Under the pieces are notes generated by a model, which saw nothing but the letters and a program-made list of their open reading frames with translations, was not told the DNA's origin and searched no databases. DNA of 64,000 nt, from NCBI GenBank assembly GCA_963695175.1, contig CAVOGG010000006.1, forward strand, positions 38,052 through 102,051, given 5' to 3'. A program made the translations under genes and the position numbers. The stretch comes from an uncultured Actinomycetota bacterium (GTDB taxonomy: Bacteria; Actinomycetota; Actinomycetes; Actinomycetales; Dermatophilaceae). Below, piece after piece: positions 10,841-20,303 of this stretch; within the stretch, counting starts at the first letter, position 1, and each line of letters opens with the position of its first letter.

Positions 10841-12316
10841 TTGGTGCTCGTGTCCACCCGTCAGCCGTCGGCCGCCCTGCTGCGCCGGGCGGTCGCCCAC
10901 CTGGCGCCCGACCTGCCGCTGCTGACCGACCTCGGGCAGCGGTTCGCGGCCGCAGGCCACGACCTGGCCCTGGTCGGCGGCCCGGTGCGCGACGCCCTGC
11001 TCGGCCGCCCCTCGACCGACCTCGACTTCACCACCTCGGCGCGCCCCGACGCCACCGAGGCGATCCTCAAGGCCTGGGGCAGCGCCACCTGGGACATGGG
11101 TCGCGACTTCGGCACCATCGGCGCGCGCCGGGGCGGCACCACCGTCGAGGTCACGACCTACCGGGCCGACGCCTACGACGGGCAGACCCGCAAGCCCGTG
11201 GTGGCGTTCGGCGACTCCCTCGACGACGATCTCGTGCGGCGCGACTTCACGGTCAACGCCATGGCCCTGCGACTGCCCGACCTCACCTTCGTCGACCCGC
11301 ACGGCGGCCTGGTCGACCTCGACGCCGGGCTGCTGCGCACCCCTTCGCCGCCCGAGGTGTCGTTCGGCGACGACCCGCTGCGGATGATGCGCGCCGCGCG
11401 GTTCGTGGCCCAGCTCGGCTTCGTGCCCGCGCCCGAGGTCTACACGGCGATGCGCGAGATGTCGGCGACGATCGGCATCGTGTCCGCGGAGCGGGTGCGC
11501 GACGAGCTGGTCAAGCTGCTGCTCGCGCCGCACCCCCGGGCCGGGCTGGAGCTGCTGTGCGCCAGCGGCCTGGCCGGCCACGTGCTGCCCGAGCTGCCGG
11601 CCCTGCAGCTCGAGGTCGACGAGCACCACCGCCACAAGGACGTCTACGAGCACTCGATGACGGTGCTCGAGCAGGCCATCGACCTCGAGGGCCCCCCCGA
11701 CGGCCCGCCGGAGTCGGTGCCCGGCCCCGACCTGGTGCTGCGCCTCGCCGCACTGCTGCACGACGTGGGCAAGCCCGCGACCCGGCGCTTCGAGGGCGGC
11801 GGCGGGGTGTCCTTCCACCACCACGAGGTGGTCGGCGCCAAGCTCGTGGCCCGGCGGCTGAAGGCGCTGCGCTTCGACAAGGAGACGACCAAGGCCGTGG
11901 CCCGCCTGGTCGAGCTGCACCTGCGCTTCCACGGTTACGGCGAGGGGCAGTGGACCGACTCCGCGGTGCGCCGCTACGTCACGGATGCCGGCCCGCTCCT
12001 CCCGCGGTTGCACCGCCTCACCCGCGCCGACTGCACGACGCGCAACGTGCGCAAGGCCCGGCGGCTGGCCGCCACCTACGACGACCTGGAGTCCAGGATC
12101 GAGGCGCTGCTGGAGCACGAGGAGCTCAAGGCCGTGCGCCCCGAGCTCGACGGCAACGAGATCGCGGCCGCGCTCGGCATCCGCCCCGGGCCGGTGCTCG
12201 GCCGCGCCTACAAGTACCTGCTCTCGGTTCGTCTCGACGAGGGGCCGGTCGGCCCGGACGTCGCACGCCAGCGGCTGCTGTCGTGGTGGGCCGAGCAGCC
12301 GGAGTCCCAGGGCTGA
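10841..12316 (+). CDS. cca: CCA tRNA nucleotidyltransferase (poly(A) polymerase family, HD domain)
   Basis: LVGGPVRDALL...DLDFTT, RRDFTVNAMA, DDPLRMMRAARF, HKDVYEH, LLHDVGKP. Confidence 0.95.
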   Translation: MVLVSTRQPSAALLRRAVAHLAPDLPLLTDLGQRFAAAGHDLALVGGPVRDALLGRPSTDLDFTTSARPDATEAILKAWGSATWDMGRDFGTIGARRGGTTVEVTTYRADAYDGQTRKPVVAFGDSLDDDLVRRDFTVNAMALRLPDLTFVDPHGGLVDLDAGLLRTPSPPEVSFGDDPLRMMRAARFVAQLGFVPAPEVYTAMREMSATIGIVSAERVRDELVKLLLAPHPRAGLELLCASGLAGHVLPELPALQLEVDEHHRHKDVYEHSMTVLEQAIDLEGPPDGPPESVPGPDLVLRLAALLHDVGKPATRRFEGGGGVSFHHHEVVGAKLVARRLKALRFDKETTKAVARLVELHLRFHGYGEGQWTDSAVRRYVTDAGPLLPRLHRLTRADCTTRNVRKARRLAATYDDLESRIEALLEHEELKAVRPELDGNEIAAALGIRPGPVLGRAYKYLLSVRLDEGPVGPDVARQRLLSWWAEQPESQG

Positions 12317-12420
12317 GCCCGCTCCCACCACGAGCCGCCCGGCGGCCGGTCGCGGACGGTGCGGACCGGCATCCGGTTAGGCTCGACCGTCCGCGTCCGT
12401 CGCCCCGAGGGAGCCCGTCC

Positions 12421-12900
12421 ATGCCCGTCCTCGCGTTCCCCGGACCAGCGGCGCCGGCGCCACCGCCGGTCACCCTCGAGGTGCCCGACGGGTGGGACAC
12501 CCTGCCGCCCGGCGCCGACCTGCTGCGGGCCCGCGGCACCGGCGCGGCGGGCGACCCGGTGGAGGTCGTCGTGGGCCACCACACGGGGCCGGCCGGCTAC
12601 GCCGCCGCCGACCTGGTCGACGCGCTCGACGAGCAGCCCGACCGGCCGGGCACCGAGGTGGAGCCGCCGTTCGTCGTCGAGATCGGCGGTCGGGAGTGGG
12701 TCGCCCGCCACGTCTCGTGGGACGAGAGCAGCGGACCGGTGGTCGAGGTGCACCTCGCGGCGGGCGTCGGCCCCGGCCCGGACGACGACCTGAGCCGCCT
12801 GGTCGTCGCCACCGGCCGGGTGCGTGGCGCGGGCCTGGCCGCCGACTACGACGTGCTGCAGTCGGTGCTCGAGACCCTCGTGGTCGGCGGCGCACGATGA
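12421..12900 (+). CDS. Hypothetical cytoplasmic protein, possibly PsbP/DUF1795-like fold
   Basis: ATG 12421 with [10 protein letters not shown]; VTLEVPDGW motif; no signal peptide; overlaps the PP2C start (ATGA). The fold is inferred. Confidence 0.65.
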   Translation: MPVLAFPGPAAPAPPPVTLEVPDGWDTLPPGADLLRARGTGAAGDPVEVVVGHHTGPAGYAAADLVDALDEQPDRPGTEVEPPFVVEIGGREWVARHVSWDESSGPVVEVHLAAGVGPGPDDDLSRLVVATGRVRGAGLAADYDVLQSVLETLVVGGAR

Positions 12901-13680
12901 GCGGCACGCATCCCCGGCTGCTGCGGGGGTCGGGGCTGGGCGTGCGCTCGGGGTCGGCCACCAGCGTGGGCCGGGTGCGCGACCACAACGAGGACGCCGC
13001 TGGTCGACGACGGCCTGGTGTTCGCCGTCGCCGACGGGATGGGCGGGCACGCGGCGGGCGAGGTGGCCAGCCGGATCGCGGTCGAGGCGCTGGCGCACCT
13101 GGTCGGGCACCCGCCGTCGCGCGCCGACGACGTGGTGGCCGTGCTGCGCGAGGCGAACGACGGCATCCTGCGCTCGCAGGAGCGCGAACCGGAGCAGCGC
13201 GGGATGGGCACGACCGTCACCGGCCTCACCGTGGTCGCCGAGGGCGACGGCGAGCACTGGGTGGTGTTCAACATCGGCGACTCGCGGGTGTACCGGGTCG
13301 CCGGCGGCCGGCTGGAACAGGTCACCCGCGACCACTCCGAGGTGCGTGAGCTGATGGATGCCGGCCTGATCGACGAGGAGGAGGCCGCCCGGCACCCGCT
13401 GCGCAACGTCATCACCCGCTCGCTGGGGGCCGGCGAGGCTCCCGAACCGGACGTGTGGGAGCGGCCGCCCGAGGCCGGCGAGCGGTTCGTCGTCTGCAGC
13501 GACGGGCTGAGCAACGAGCTCGACGACGCCGAGATCGCGCGCATCGCGCTCGGGCACGCCGACCCCCAGGCCGTCGCCGACGAGCTGGTGGCCGCTGCGG
13601 TGCGAGCCGGGGGTCGTGACAACGTCTCGGTGGTCGTCGTCTTCGTCGACCCGGTCGACGGGGTCGCGCCCGTACGCTGA
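12897..13680 (+). CDS. PP2C-family Ser/Thr protein phosphatase; frameshift near 12995
   Basis: SATSVGRVRDHNED in the 12897 frame, then VFAVADGMGGHAAGEVAS, GMGTT, NIGDSRVY, RNVITRSLG, CSDGL, GGRDNVSV in the 13018 frame. Confidence 0.9.
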
Positions 13681-13756
13681 CTCGGGGGTTGCGCACCGTC
13701 GGTCCACCGGCGGTGCTGCCCTCGTTGCCAGCCGCCGACGAGTCCCAGGAGCGCCC

Positions 13757-14863
13757 GTGACCAGTGTCCGCACCGTCGCGCACCCGGGCTGGCTGGTGGT
13801 GCGCGGGCCGGAGGTGGCCGCGGTCGTCGCGGCGGCCGACGACGACGCCGAGCCCCTCGAGGCGGCCGCGGCCGGTGGGCTGCTGCCGGTGCTGCTCGAG
13901 GCGCTCGCCGGGCACGGGCTCGCGGCGGCCCCGGACTTCGTCGCGTGCGCCCGGCTCGAGAGCGGCCTGCGGGTGGTGCTGCGTGGTGCGGCGGTCGTCG
14001 TGCTGCCCGACGGCACCCGGCTGGAGGCGCAGGGCCGGATGCCGTGGCTCGACGTCGACCTCGACCTCACCGAGGAGGAGGTCGGCCAGGTGGTGCTCGA
14101 GGCGCCCGAGCCGGCCCCCGTCCGGTCACGGGGCTGGCAGCGCCCGGCCCGGTTGCGACGGGACGCCCCGGAGCCGAGCCCGCCGAGCCCGCCGACGTCC
14201 CCCGGCGCCGGCGCCCGGGTCGGCGCCGACCGACGCTGTCTGCCGGCATCCGACGCTGACGTCGCCCGCGACGTCGGACGAACCCACCTCCCGGGTGCGC
14301 CACCACCACGCTCGAGGTTCCGGGCCCCACCACCGAGTTCCCGCCACCCGCGGCGCCGTCGCGACGGATGGCGCCCCGACCCCGATCCGGACGCCGACCG
14401 CCCGCTGGTGCCCGCCGTGCTCTGCCCGGCCGGGCACCCGTCGCCGCCGCACTCGGCCCGGTGCCGCACCTGCGACCGCGAGGTCGCACCGCAGGAGCCG
14501 GTGCCCGTGCCCCGCCCGCCGCTCGGGGTGCTGCGGCTGTCCACCGGCGGCAGCGTGCCGCTCGACCGCGGGGTGCTCCTGGGTCGGGCACCGCGGGCCG
14601 ACGCGGAGCAGCCGGCCGGCGCGCACCCCCACGTGCTGCGGGTGGGTGGGCCCGACCGCGACATCTCGCGCAACCATGCCGAGGTCGTGCTCGAGGGGTG
14701 GCAGGTGCTGGTGCGCGACCTCGGCTCGACCAACGGCACCACGGTGACCCGGCCCGGGCAGCAGCCGGTGCGGCTGCGGGCGGGCGAGCCGCTGGAGATC
14801 GAACCCGGCACCGTGGTGAGCCTGGCCGACGAGGTCGTGCTCCGCTACGAGGTGCCCGGGTGA
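13757..14863 (+). CDS. FHA domain protein with zinc-ribbon-like segment
   Basis: CPAGH...CRTC followed by FHA motifs LLGRAP, DISRNHA, DLGSTNGT; GTG 13757 with AGGAG RBS. Confidence 0.88.
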   Translation: MTSVRTVAHPGWLVVRGPEVAAVVAAADDDAEPLEAAAAGGLLPVLLEALAGHGLAAAPDFVACARLESGLRVVLRGAAVVVLPDGTRLEAQGRMPWLDVDLDLTEEEVGQVVLEAPEPAPVRSRGWQRPARLRRDAPEPSPPSPPTSPGAGARVGADRRCLPASDADVARDVGRTHLPGAPPPRSRFRAPPPSSRHPRRRRDGWRPDPDPDADRPLVPAVLCPAGHPSPPHSARCRTCDREVAPQEPVPVPRPPLGVLRLSTGGSVPLDRGVLLGRAPRADAEQPAGAHPHVLRVGGPDRDISRNHAEVVLEGWQVLVRDLGSTNGTTVTRPGQQPVRLRAGEPLEIEPGTVVSLADEVVLRYEVPG

Positions 14864-15489
14864 GTAGGTGGTCGCGGCCGGCTGGTGCCGCTGGGCGCCG
14901 GTGTGCCGCAGGCCTGCTCGTGCCAGGCCTGCTCCTTGTGCCGCTGGCGGGTTGCTCCTCCGACGAGCCCTTTCCCGGCTCCGACATCCGCCCCACGGCG
15001 TCGCCGTCGGCGACCGTCACGCCGGTCCCGGCGCCCCCGGTCGGCAGCCGGGAGGTGACCGGGCGCGGGTGGACGATGGCCGTGCCGGGCCAGTGGGAGG
15101 AACGGCGCCGGACCCTGTCGACCGGTGAGGTGGCGCGGTGGAGCGAGCCGTCGAGCGACGGAGGGCCACGGGTCGCGGTGTCCGTGGTCGTCGAGACGGC
15201 CCCCACCAGCCCGCTGCTCGAGCAGAGCTACCGCCTCGAGCAGCGCCTGCGCGAGAACGACCTGCGGCCGGTGCGCTCGGCGGTGCCCGGGCCGGACCCC
15301 GACCGTCCCGGGGTGCTCGTGCAGTGGACGGAGAACTCGCGCGGCGACGAGCAGCGCCGCGAGGTGTGGCAGCTGTTCCTCGCGGGCCCGGACTCCAGCA
15401 TCGTCAACGTCGTCGGCTTCGCCCCGGCCGACGGTCTCGGGGCCTCGCGCGTGCCGGAGGTCATGGGCACCGTGCGGGTGCAGCGATGA
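14860..15489 (+). CDS. Lipoprotein, possibly PsbP/LpqN-like
   Basis: Lipobox LAGC after a hydrophobic stretch; WTMAVPGQW motif; GTGA overlap with the FHA stop. Confidence 0.75.
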   Translation: MSRWSRPAGAAGRRCAAGLLVPGLLLVPLAGCSSDEPFPGSDIRPTASPSATVTPVPAPPVGSREVTGRGWTMAVPGQWEERRRTLSTGEVARWSEPSSDGGPRVAVSVVVETAPTSPLLEQSYRLEQRLRENDLRPVRSAVPGPDPDRPGVLVQWTENSRGDEQRREVWQLFLAGPDSSIVNVVGFAPADGLGASRVPEVMGTVRVQR

Positions 15490-16820
15490 GCCGGGGCTGG
15501 GCCCACGGGCCCTCGCGCGGCGCACCACCCCTCGACCACGATGGTGCGGTGAGCCCGCCCGACCGACCCTCGCCGTGCGCCCACCGCGAGGCGGGCGTGA
15601 CGTCGCTGGAGTTCGTCGGCATCTTCCTCGTCGTCGGGGCGGTCGTCGCGGCCATCGCTCTCGCGCTCAACGGCCAGCGGGTCACCGCCGAGACGGCGTC
15701 GGCCCTGTGCTCCATCACCGGGGGCAGCGGGTGCGGGGCGACCGGCGGTGACGCGACCGCCGGCGATGCGACCGGCTCGACCGGCTCGGGCGACGGCCCG
15801 GTGACGGCGCCGTGCGTGGGCGCGCCGAGCGGCGCGGCCGGCCCGGTGCGTGGAGTGGTGCCGGTGCGCGGCGGCGGCACCGACGGCCCCGGCCTGCGCG
15901 TCGCCGTCATGGGCGACGGCACCTTCCGGGTGTCCGGCGCCGCCAGCGAGCGGGCCGCCGACACGACCTGGGTCGGCCGCACCTTCGGCCCGGCCGCTGC
16001 CGGCGCCGAGCCGTTCCTCACCGGTGGTGACCCGCACGTGTGGGCCGCCTCCTCACCCGCGGCCCTCGCCGAGCTCGTCGCGGCCGGCCGCACCTCGGCG
16101 TGGAGCGACTCCCTGGTCGGGGACGACGGGTCGGTGGTCTCACAGGTCGCCGATGCCGCGATGGGCCTGGTCGGCGGGTCGCGCGGCCTGCCCACCCCGA
16201 CCGCCGTCTACACCGACACCAGCGCCGAGGCCGGCCTGTCGCTCAACGCCTACGAGCAGACCCTCGCGCTCGATGCCGGCGGTGAGGCGGTGGGCACGCT
16301 GCGCCAGGCCGACGGGTCCACCACGCAGTACGTCGGGGTCAGTGAGACGCCCACGCAGGGCGTCGCCCGGGCGGACGACCTGGTGCCGATGCTGCTCGAG
16401 GTCGACCGCGGTCCGTCGGGCGAGGTCACCTCCGTGCGCACCGTCACCGACCACGACCTCACCGCCACCGGCACGACGACGCGCTCGGGGTCGCTGCACG
16501 TCGTCCACCTCGGCGTGACCGGGGCGGACGAGCCCGTCATCGCGGCCCTGGCGTCATCGCTGGGGTCGAGCGACCTCGGCACGCCGGCGTCGTCGCCGAG
16601 CGGGGCGCCGGTCCCGCTCTCGCAGAGCGCTGCCGGCTTCACCCGGGCCGCGACGGCCGGCGGGTACGTCACGCGTCAGGAGCCCGCCGGTGAGGTGGTG
16701 GTCGACGACCCCAACGCCCCGCCCCTGACGGCCGGCCTGGCACAGGTGATGCGGTCCGCGGCACCCCAGTCGTGGGACGGCGCCACCTGGCGCCCTCGCA
16801 GCGTGGGCTGCGCCTCGTGA
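15486..16820 (+). CDS. Flp/Tad prepilin-like N-terminus fused to a large extracellular domain (paralog A)
   Basis: REAG|VTSLEF cleavage motif with Glu at +5, hydrophobic helix, LCSITGGSGC Cys pair, long Gly/Thr-rich beta-like domain, terminal Cys. Confidence 0.8.
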   Translation: MSRGWAHGPSRGAPPLDHDGAVSPPDRPSPCAHREAGVTSLEFVGIFLVVGAVVAAIALALNGQRVTAETASALCSITGGSGCGATGGDATAGDATGSTGSGDGPVTAPCVGAPSGAAGPVRGVVPVRGGGTDGPGLRVAVMGDGTFRVSGAASERAADTTWVGRTFGPAAAGAEPFLTGGDPHVWAASSPAALAELVAAGRTSAWSDSLVGDDGSVVSQVADAAMGLVGGSRGLPTPTAVYTDTSAEAGLSLNAYEQTLALDAGGEAVGTLRQADGSTTQYVGVSETPTQGVARADDLVPMLLEVDRGPSGEVTSVRTVTDHDLTATGTTTRSGSLHVVHLGVTGADEPVIAALASSLGSSDLGTPASSPSGAPVPLSQSAAGFTRAATAGGYVTRQEPAGEVVVDDPNAPPLTAGLAQVMRSAAPQSWDGATWRPRSVGCAS

Positions 16821-17515
16821 CCGGAGCGCTCGCGGCCGGGCTCCTCGGGGCGCTCGCCGGTGGGCTGGCCGGCGCGCTCGCCCACCGCTACCTCAGGACC
16901 CGTCGCTACCGCTACGCCGACGAGTCGGGGCTGCCCGAGCGCGACACCCGGTGGGTCCTGGTCGTCACCCCGCTGGCCACCGGGCTGGTCGCGGCGGGGC
17001 ACGTGCCGGAGCGCCCGGCGCTCGGCGTGCTGCTCGCGGCATCCGTGCCGGTGCTCGCCGTGCTCAGCGCCATCGACCTCGACACCCGCCGCCTCCCCGA
17101 CCGCTGGGTGTTCCCCTCGTCGGCGGCCGCCCTCGCCGGGCTGGGTGTCGTGTCACTGCTCGAGGGCTCGACGGCCCCCCTCACCGCGGGCCTCGTGGCG
17201 GGCGCCGTGCTCGGCGCCTTCTACCTCGTCAACGTGGTCGTCGGCGAGCTCGTGGGCAGCGGGGGCGGGATGGGGCTCGGTGACGCCAAGCTCGGGGTGC
17301 TGCTCGGCCTGCTCCTGGGCCCGCTGTCGTGGGCGCACGTCGTCGTGGCCACCGTGCTCGCGTTCCTCGCCGCGGGGGTCCAGGCCGGGTGGATGGTGCT
17401 CGGGCGCGGGGCGGGGCGGGGCGCGCACCTCGCGTTCGGCCCGCACATGGCGGGTGCCGCCGTGGCAGTGCTCGCCGCCCCAGGGGTGGTCGCCGTCGTC
17501 GAGGCGGTCGGATGA
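16817..17515 (+). CDS. Prepilin peptidase (A24 family, TadV/CpaA-like)
   Basis: AIDLDTRRLPD and GMGLGDAKL catalytic Asp motifs, LAFGP C-terminal motif, multiple TM helices. Confidence 0.92.
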   Translation: MTGALAAGLLGALAGGLAGALAHRYLRTRRYRYADESGLPERDTRWVLVVTPLATGLVAAGHVPERPALGVLLAASVPVLAVLSAIDLDTRRLPDRWVFPSSAAALAGLGVVSLLEGSTAPLTAGLVAGAVLGAFYLVNVVVGELVGSGGGMGLGDAKLGVLLGLLLGPLSWAHVVVATVLAFLAAGVQAGWMVLGRGAGRGAHLAFGPHMAGAAVAVLAAPGVVAVVEAVG

Positions 17516-17874
17516 GCGCGCCACTCCCGCGCTTCGGGCCCGGGCCCCGGCAGCTGGTCGTCGACGGGCGAGCGGTCGCACCGCTCGCGGTGGCCGACAC
17601 CCCCGCGCAGCGGCGGAAGGGACTGCTGGGCACGAGCGGCGTCGACGGTGCCCTCTGGATCACCCACTGCCCCAGCGTGCACATGGTCGGGATGCGCTAC
17701 CCCATCGATGTCGCCGTGCTCGACCGGCACGGGCGGGTGCTGAAGGTCGCCACCCTGCGGGCCGGGACCGGGATGACGCGCCCGCGGTTGCGCGCCCGCG
17801 TCACGGTCGAGGCCGCCGCCGGATCGCTCGCCCAGTGGGGCGTGCAGCGCGGCTGCGTGCTGAGCATCGGCTGA
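17512..17874 (+). CDS. DUF192 family protein
   Basis: VADTPAQRRKGLLG, SVHMVGMRYPIDV, VEAAAG motifs. Confidence 0.85.
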   Translation: MSAPLPRFGPGPRQLVVDGRAVAPLAVADTPAQRRKGLLGTSGVDGALWITHCPSVHMVGMRYPIDVAVLDRHGRVLKVATLRAGTGMTRPRLRARVTVEAAAGSLAQWGVQRGCVLSIG

Positions 17875-18092
17875 CCCGGCACGACCGTTCGGCCGTGCGG
17901 GTGTGACGGGTGGGGCTGCCCGGATGTTGCGAGGCCCGTGTGACGGCCCGCCCGGACGCGGGCCCATGACGACGGGCCCGCTATGGGCCTTGGGACCCGG
18001 GTGTTGGGCCCCGGGGGGCCGCTTAGCGTGTCGAGCATGCCGATCGCGGGGGGGCCGACGCGGGGGGGCCGCGCCGGGGGCGTCGGCCCGGT

Positions 18093-18671
18093 TCAGCCGA
18101 GCCCGCGCCGCAGGCCGCGAGCCCTGGGGTCGACGAGCGCGGCGAGCCCGAGCAGGGCCACCCCGGCGACGACGATCGACAACGGGTACCGCGAGGGCCC
18201 GGCCGTCGTCGGCAGCGCCCAGACGACCGCGTCGCGCATCTGCGGGCCGCTGCACATGAGGCGGTCGTTGGCGCCGGTCGTGCCGACGTGCACGCTCGGC
18301 TCGAGGGAGGTCTGGGCGACCACCCGGGTGCCGAGGACGTCGGCATCGGCGGGCACCCGCAGGCTCCGGTCACCCTCGGTCGTGAACAGGGTGCACCCGA
18401 GATCCGCCGGTCCTGGCACGCTCCCGTCGCGCAGCGGAGCCACGAAGAGGGTGGTGCCGGAGTCGAACCACGGGCTCCTTCCGGCCAGCGTCGTCTCTCC
18501 GGGCAGCAGCTGCTGCGGCTCCGGTCGGTCCATCGACCACGCGACGACTCCCACGACGATCGCGGTCAGCCCCAGCAGTGCGCTGAGCGCGCCCAGGGCG
18601 AGCGCGATGCCGTGGGAGCGGCGGCTGTTGGTCCGGCGGCGCCGGCGCGCCTGCCTCGTCGAGTTCTTCAT
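18093..18671 (-). CDS. Hypothetical membrane protein (two TM helices flanking an extracellular loop)
   Basis: ATG 18671 with AAAGGA RBS; basic N-terminus, two hydrophobic segments, two Cys. Confidence 0.65.
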   Translation of the reverse strand: MKNSTRQARRRRRTNSRRSHGIALALGALSALLGLTAIVVGVVAWSMDRPEPQQLLPGETTLAGRSPWFDSGTTLFVAPLRDGSVPGPADLGCTLFTTEGDRSLRVPADADVLGTRVVAQTSLEPSVHVGTTGANDRLMCSGPQMRDAVVWALPTTAGPSRYPLSIVVAGVALLGLAALVDPRARGLRRGLG

Positions 18672-18768
18672 GGTTCCTTTCATCGTGGGCGAGGGTCGGG
18701 TCTGGATAAACTCCAGCCTGCGCACGGGCCCATCGTCCATGCCGGGGGACGTGCTGGGGGAGTTAGGA

Positions 18769-19575
18769 ATGTCGTTGTCGATCTGTGTCGTCGATCCTTC
18801 GCGTGCCACCACCGAGATCGAGGACTGGGGTTTCGGCGACGACGTCGCCGTCGTCACCGGGCGGCTCGGCGGCCCCGCGCTCGCGGCGCGGCTGCGTCCC
18901 GGCATCCGGCCCGGTTCCCGACTGGTCGTGCTGCACCGCCCGGCCGACCTGCCGGCGGCGGCACTCGTCGCCAACGTCGTCTCCGGTGCCCTTCCCCAGC
19001 TCGCGGTGACCCGTCTGCCGGTGGGGTCGAGCCTGCTGGGCGCCACCGTGCTCGGCCTCGAGGCGGCGCGCATCGAGGGGGAGTCGGACGGCACGCGGGT
19101 CACCCGGCTCGCCGGCACCCTCGACGGCGCCACCAGCGGCGCGTGGCTGTCCCGCGTCACCCGGCTCGCCTCGCCGAGCCCGAGCTTCGGCCAGCACCTG
19201 CGCTCCCTGCTGCCCGGCGGCCCGCGCTTCGTCGCCGTCCACGGGCCGCACGGCGGGGTGGTCCGGGCCGAGCCCGACGGGTACGACGGGTCGTCCTCGG
19301 GCCGGCTCGTCATCGGCGCCCCGGCCGACTCCGTGGCCGCCGAGCAGCTGCGAGCGTGGTACGGCAGCGACGACGTCGTGCACGTACCGCCGGTGCTCGC
19401 CGACGCCCGCCTGGTCTACGGCAACGCGGGGGCTGAGTTCACCGTCGTCACCGAGGCGCTCGCCGACCCCGGCCCGGTGGTCGGCACGTGCCCCGTGTGC
19501 CACGACGCGCTGCACGGCACCGCCTGCGCGTTCTGCCACGTCAACCCCCGCACCACCGAGGAGAGCACCGCATGA
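18769..19575 (+). CDS. Hypothetical protein with C-terminal zinc ribbon, first gene of the tad operon
   Basis: ATG 18769 after GGAG/AGGA; candidate -10 TAAACT at 18707-18712; CPVC...CAFC motif; ATGA overlap with cpaB. Confidence 0.72.
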   Translation: MSLSICVVDPSRATTEIEDWGFGDDVAVVTGRLGGPALAARLRPGIRPGSRLVVLHRPADLPAAALVANVVSGALPQLAVTRLPVGSSLLGATVLGLEAARIEGESDGTRVTRLAGTLDGATSGAWLSRVTRLASPSPSFGQHLRSLLPGGPRFVAVHGPHGGVVRAEPDGYDGSSSGRLVIGAPADSVAAEQLRAWYGSDDVVHVPPVLADARLVYGNAGAEFTVVTEALADPGPVVGTCPVCHDALHGTACAFCHVNPRTTEESTA

Positions 19576-20303
19576 ACCCCCGCCAGCGCCGAGGGCTGCT
19601 CTTCGTCCTCGTCTCGTTCGTCGTCGCGGTGGGCACCTTCTTCGCCGTGTCCGCCTACGTCGCGAACGTCAACTCCCAGGTGGGGTCCCGGGTGACCGTC
19701 TACCAGGCGCGCCAGGCGGTCGGCGCCTACACGCCGCTCGGCCCCGACAACCTCGAGGCCGTCGAGGTGCCCGAGCGCTGGGTGTCGAAGTCGTCGGTGC
19801 TCTCGCTCGACGAGCTCCAGGGCCGCCGGATCGGCTTCCGGCTCAACCCCGGCACGACCGTGAGCTCCGACATGCTCATTCCCAGCAGCGCGCTGTCGTC
19901 CACCGAGCGTGAGGTCGCCATCAACGTCGACTCCGTCACCGGAGTGGCCGGCCGCGTGCGCCCCGGTGACCGCGTCGACATCTACGCCGTGTTCGCCGAC
20001 GTGCCCGGGCTCCCGAAGTCGGTGCGCATCCTCGTGCGCGACGTGCGCATCGTCTCCATCGCCGGCGAGCAGACGGTCACCCAGAGCAGCGCCGCGGGTG
20101 GCACGGCGGAGCAGAAGGTCATCCCCGTCACCCTCGCCCTCGAGCCCGACCAGGCCCTGTCGGTCTCGTACGCGGCGGCGTTCGCGGCCGAGGTGCGCCT
20201 CGTGGCCCTGCCCAACGACGTCGGCACCAACCGGCAGGGCGAACCGAACAACTACGACGCCTCCGAGCTCGGTGGCAAGGCCGTTCTCGAGAAGGCGAAC
20301 TGA
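19572..20303 (+). CDS. cpaB: Flp pilus assembly protein CpaB (RcpC/TadC-associated SAF domain)
   Basis: N-terminal TM helix, SAF-like domain, GVAGRVRPGDRVDI motif, VTLALEP. Confidence 0.92.
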   Translation: MNPRQRRGLLFVLVSFVVAVGTFFAVSAYVANVNSQVGSRVTVYQARQAVGAYTPLGPDNLEAVEVPERWVSKSSVLSLDELQGRRIGFRLNPGTTVSSDMLIPSSALSSTEREVAINVDSVTGVAGRVRPGDRVDIYAVFADVPGLPKSVRILVRDVRIVSIAGEQTVTQSSAAGGTAEQKVIPVTLALEPDQALSVSYAAAFAAEVRLVALPNDVGTNRQGEPNNYDASELGGKAVLEKAN

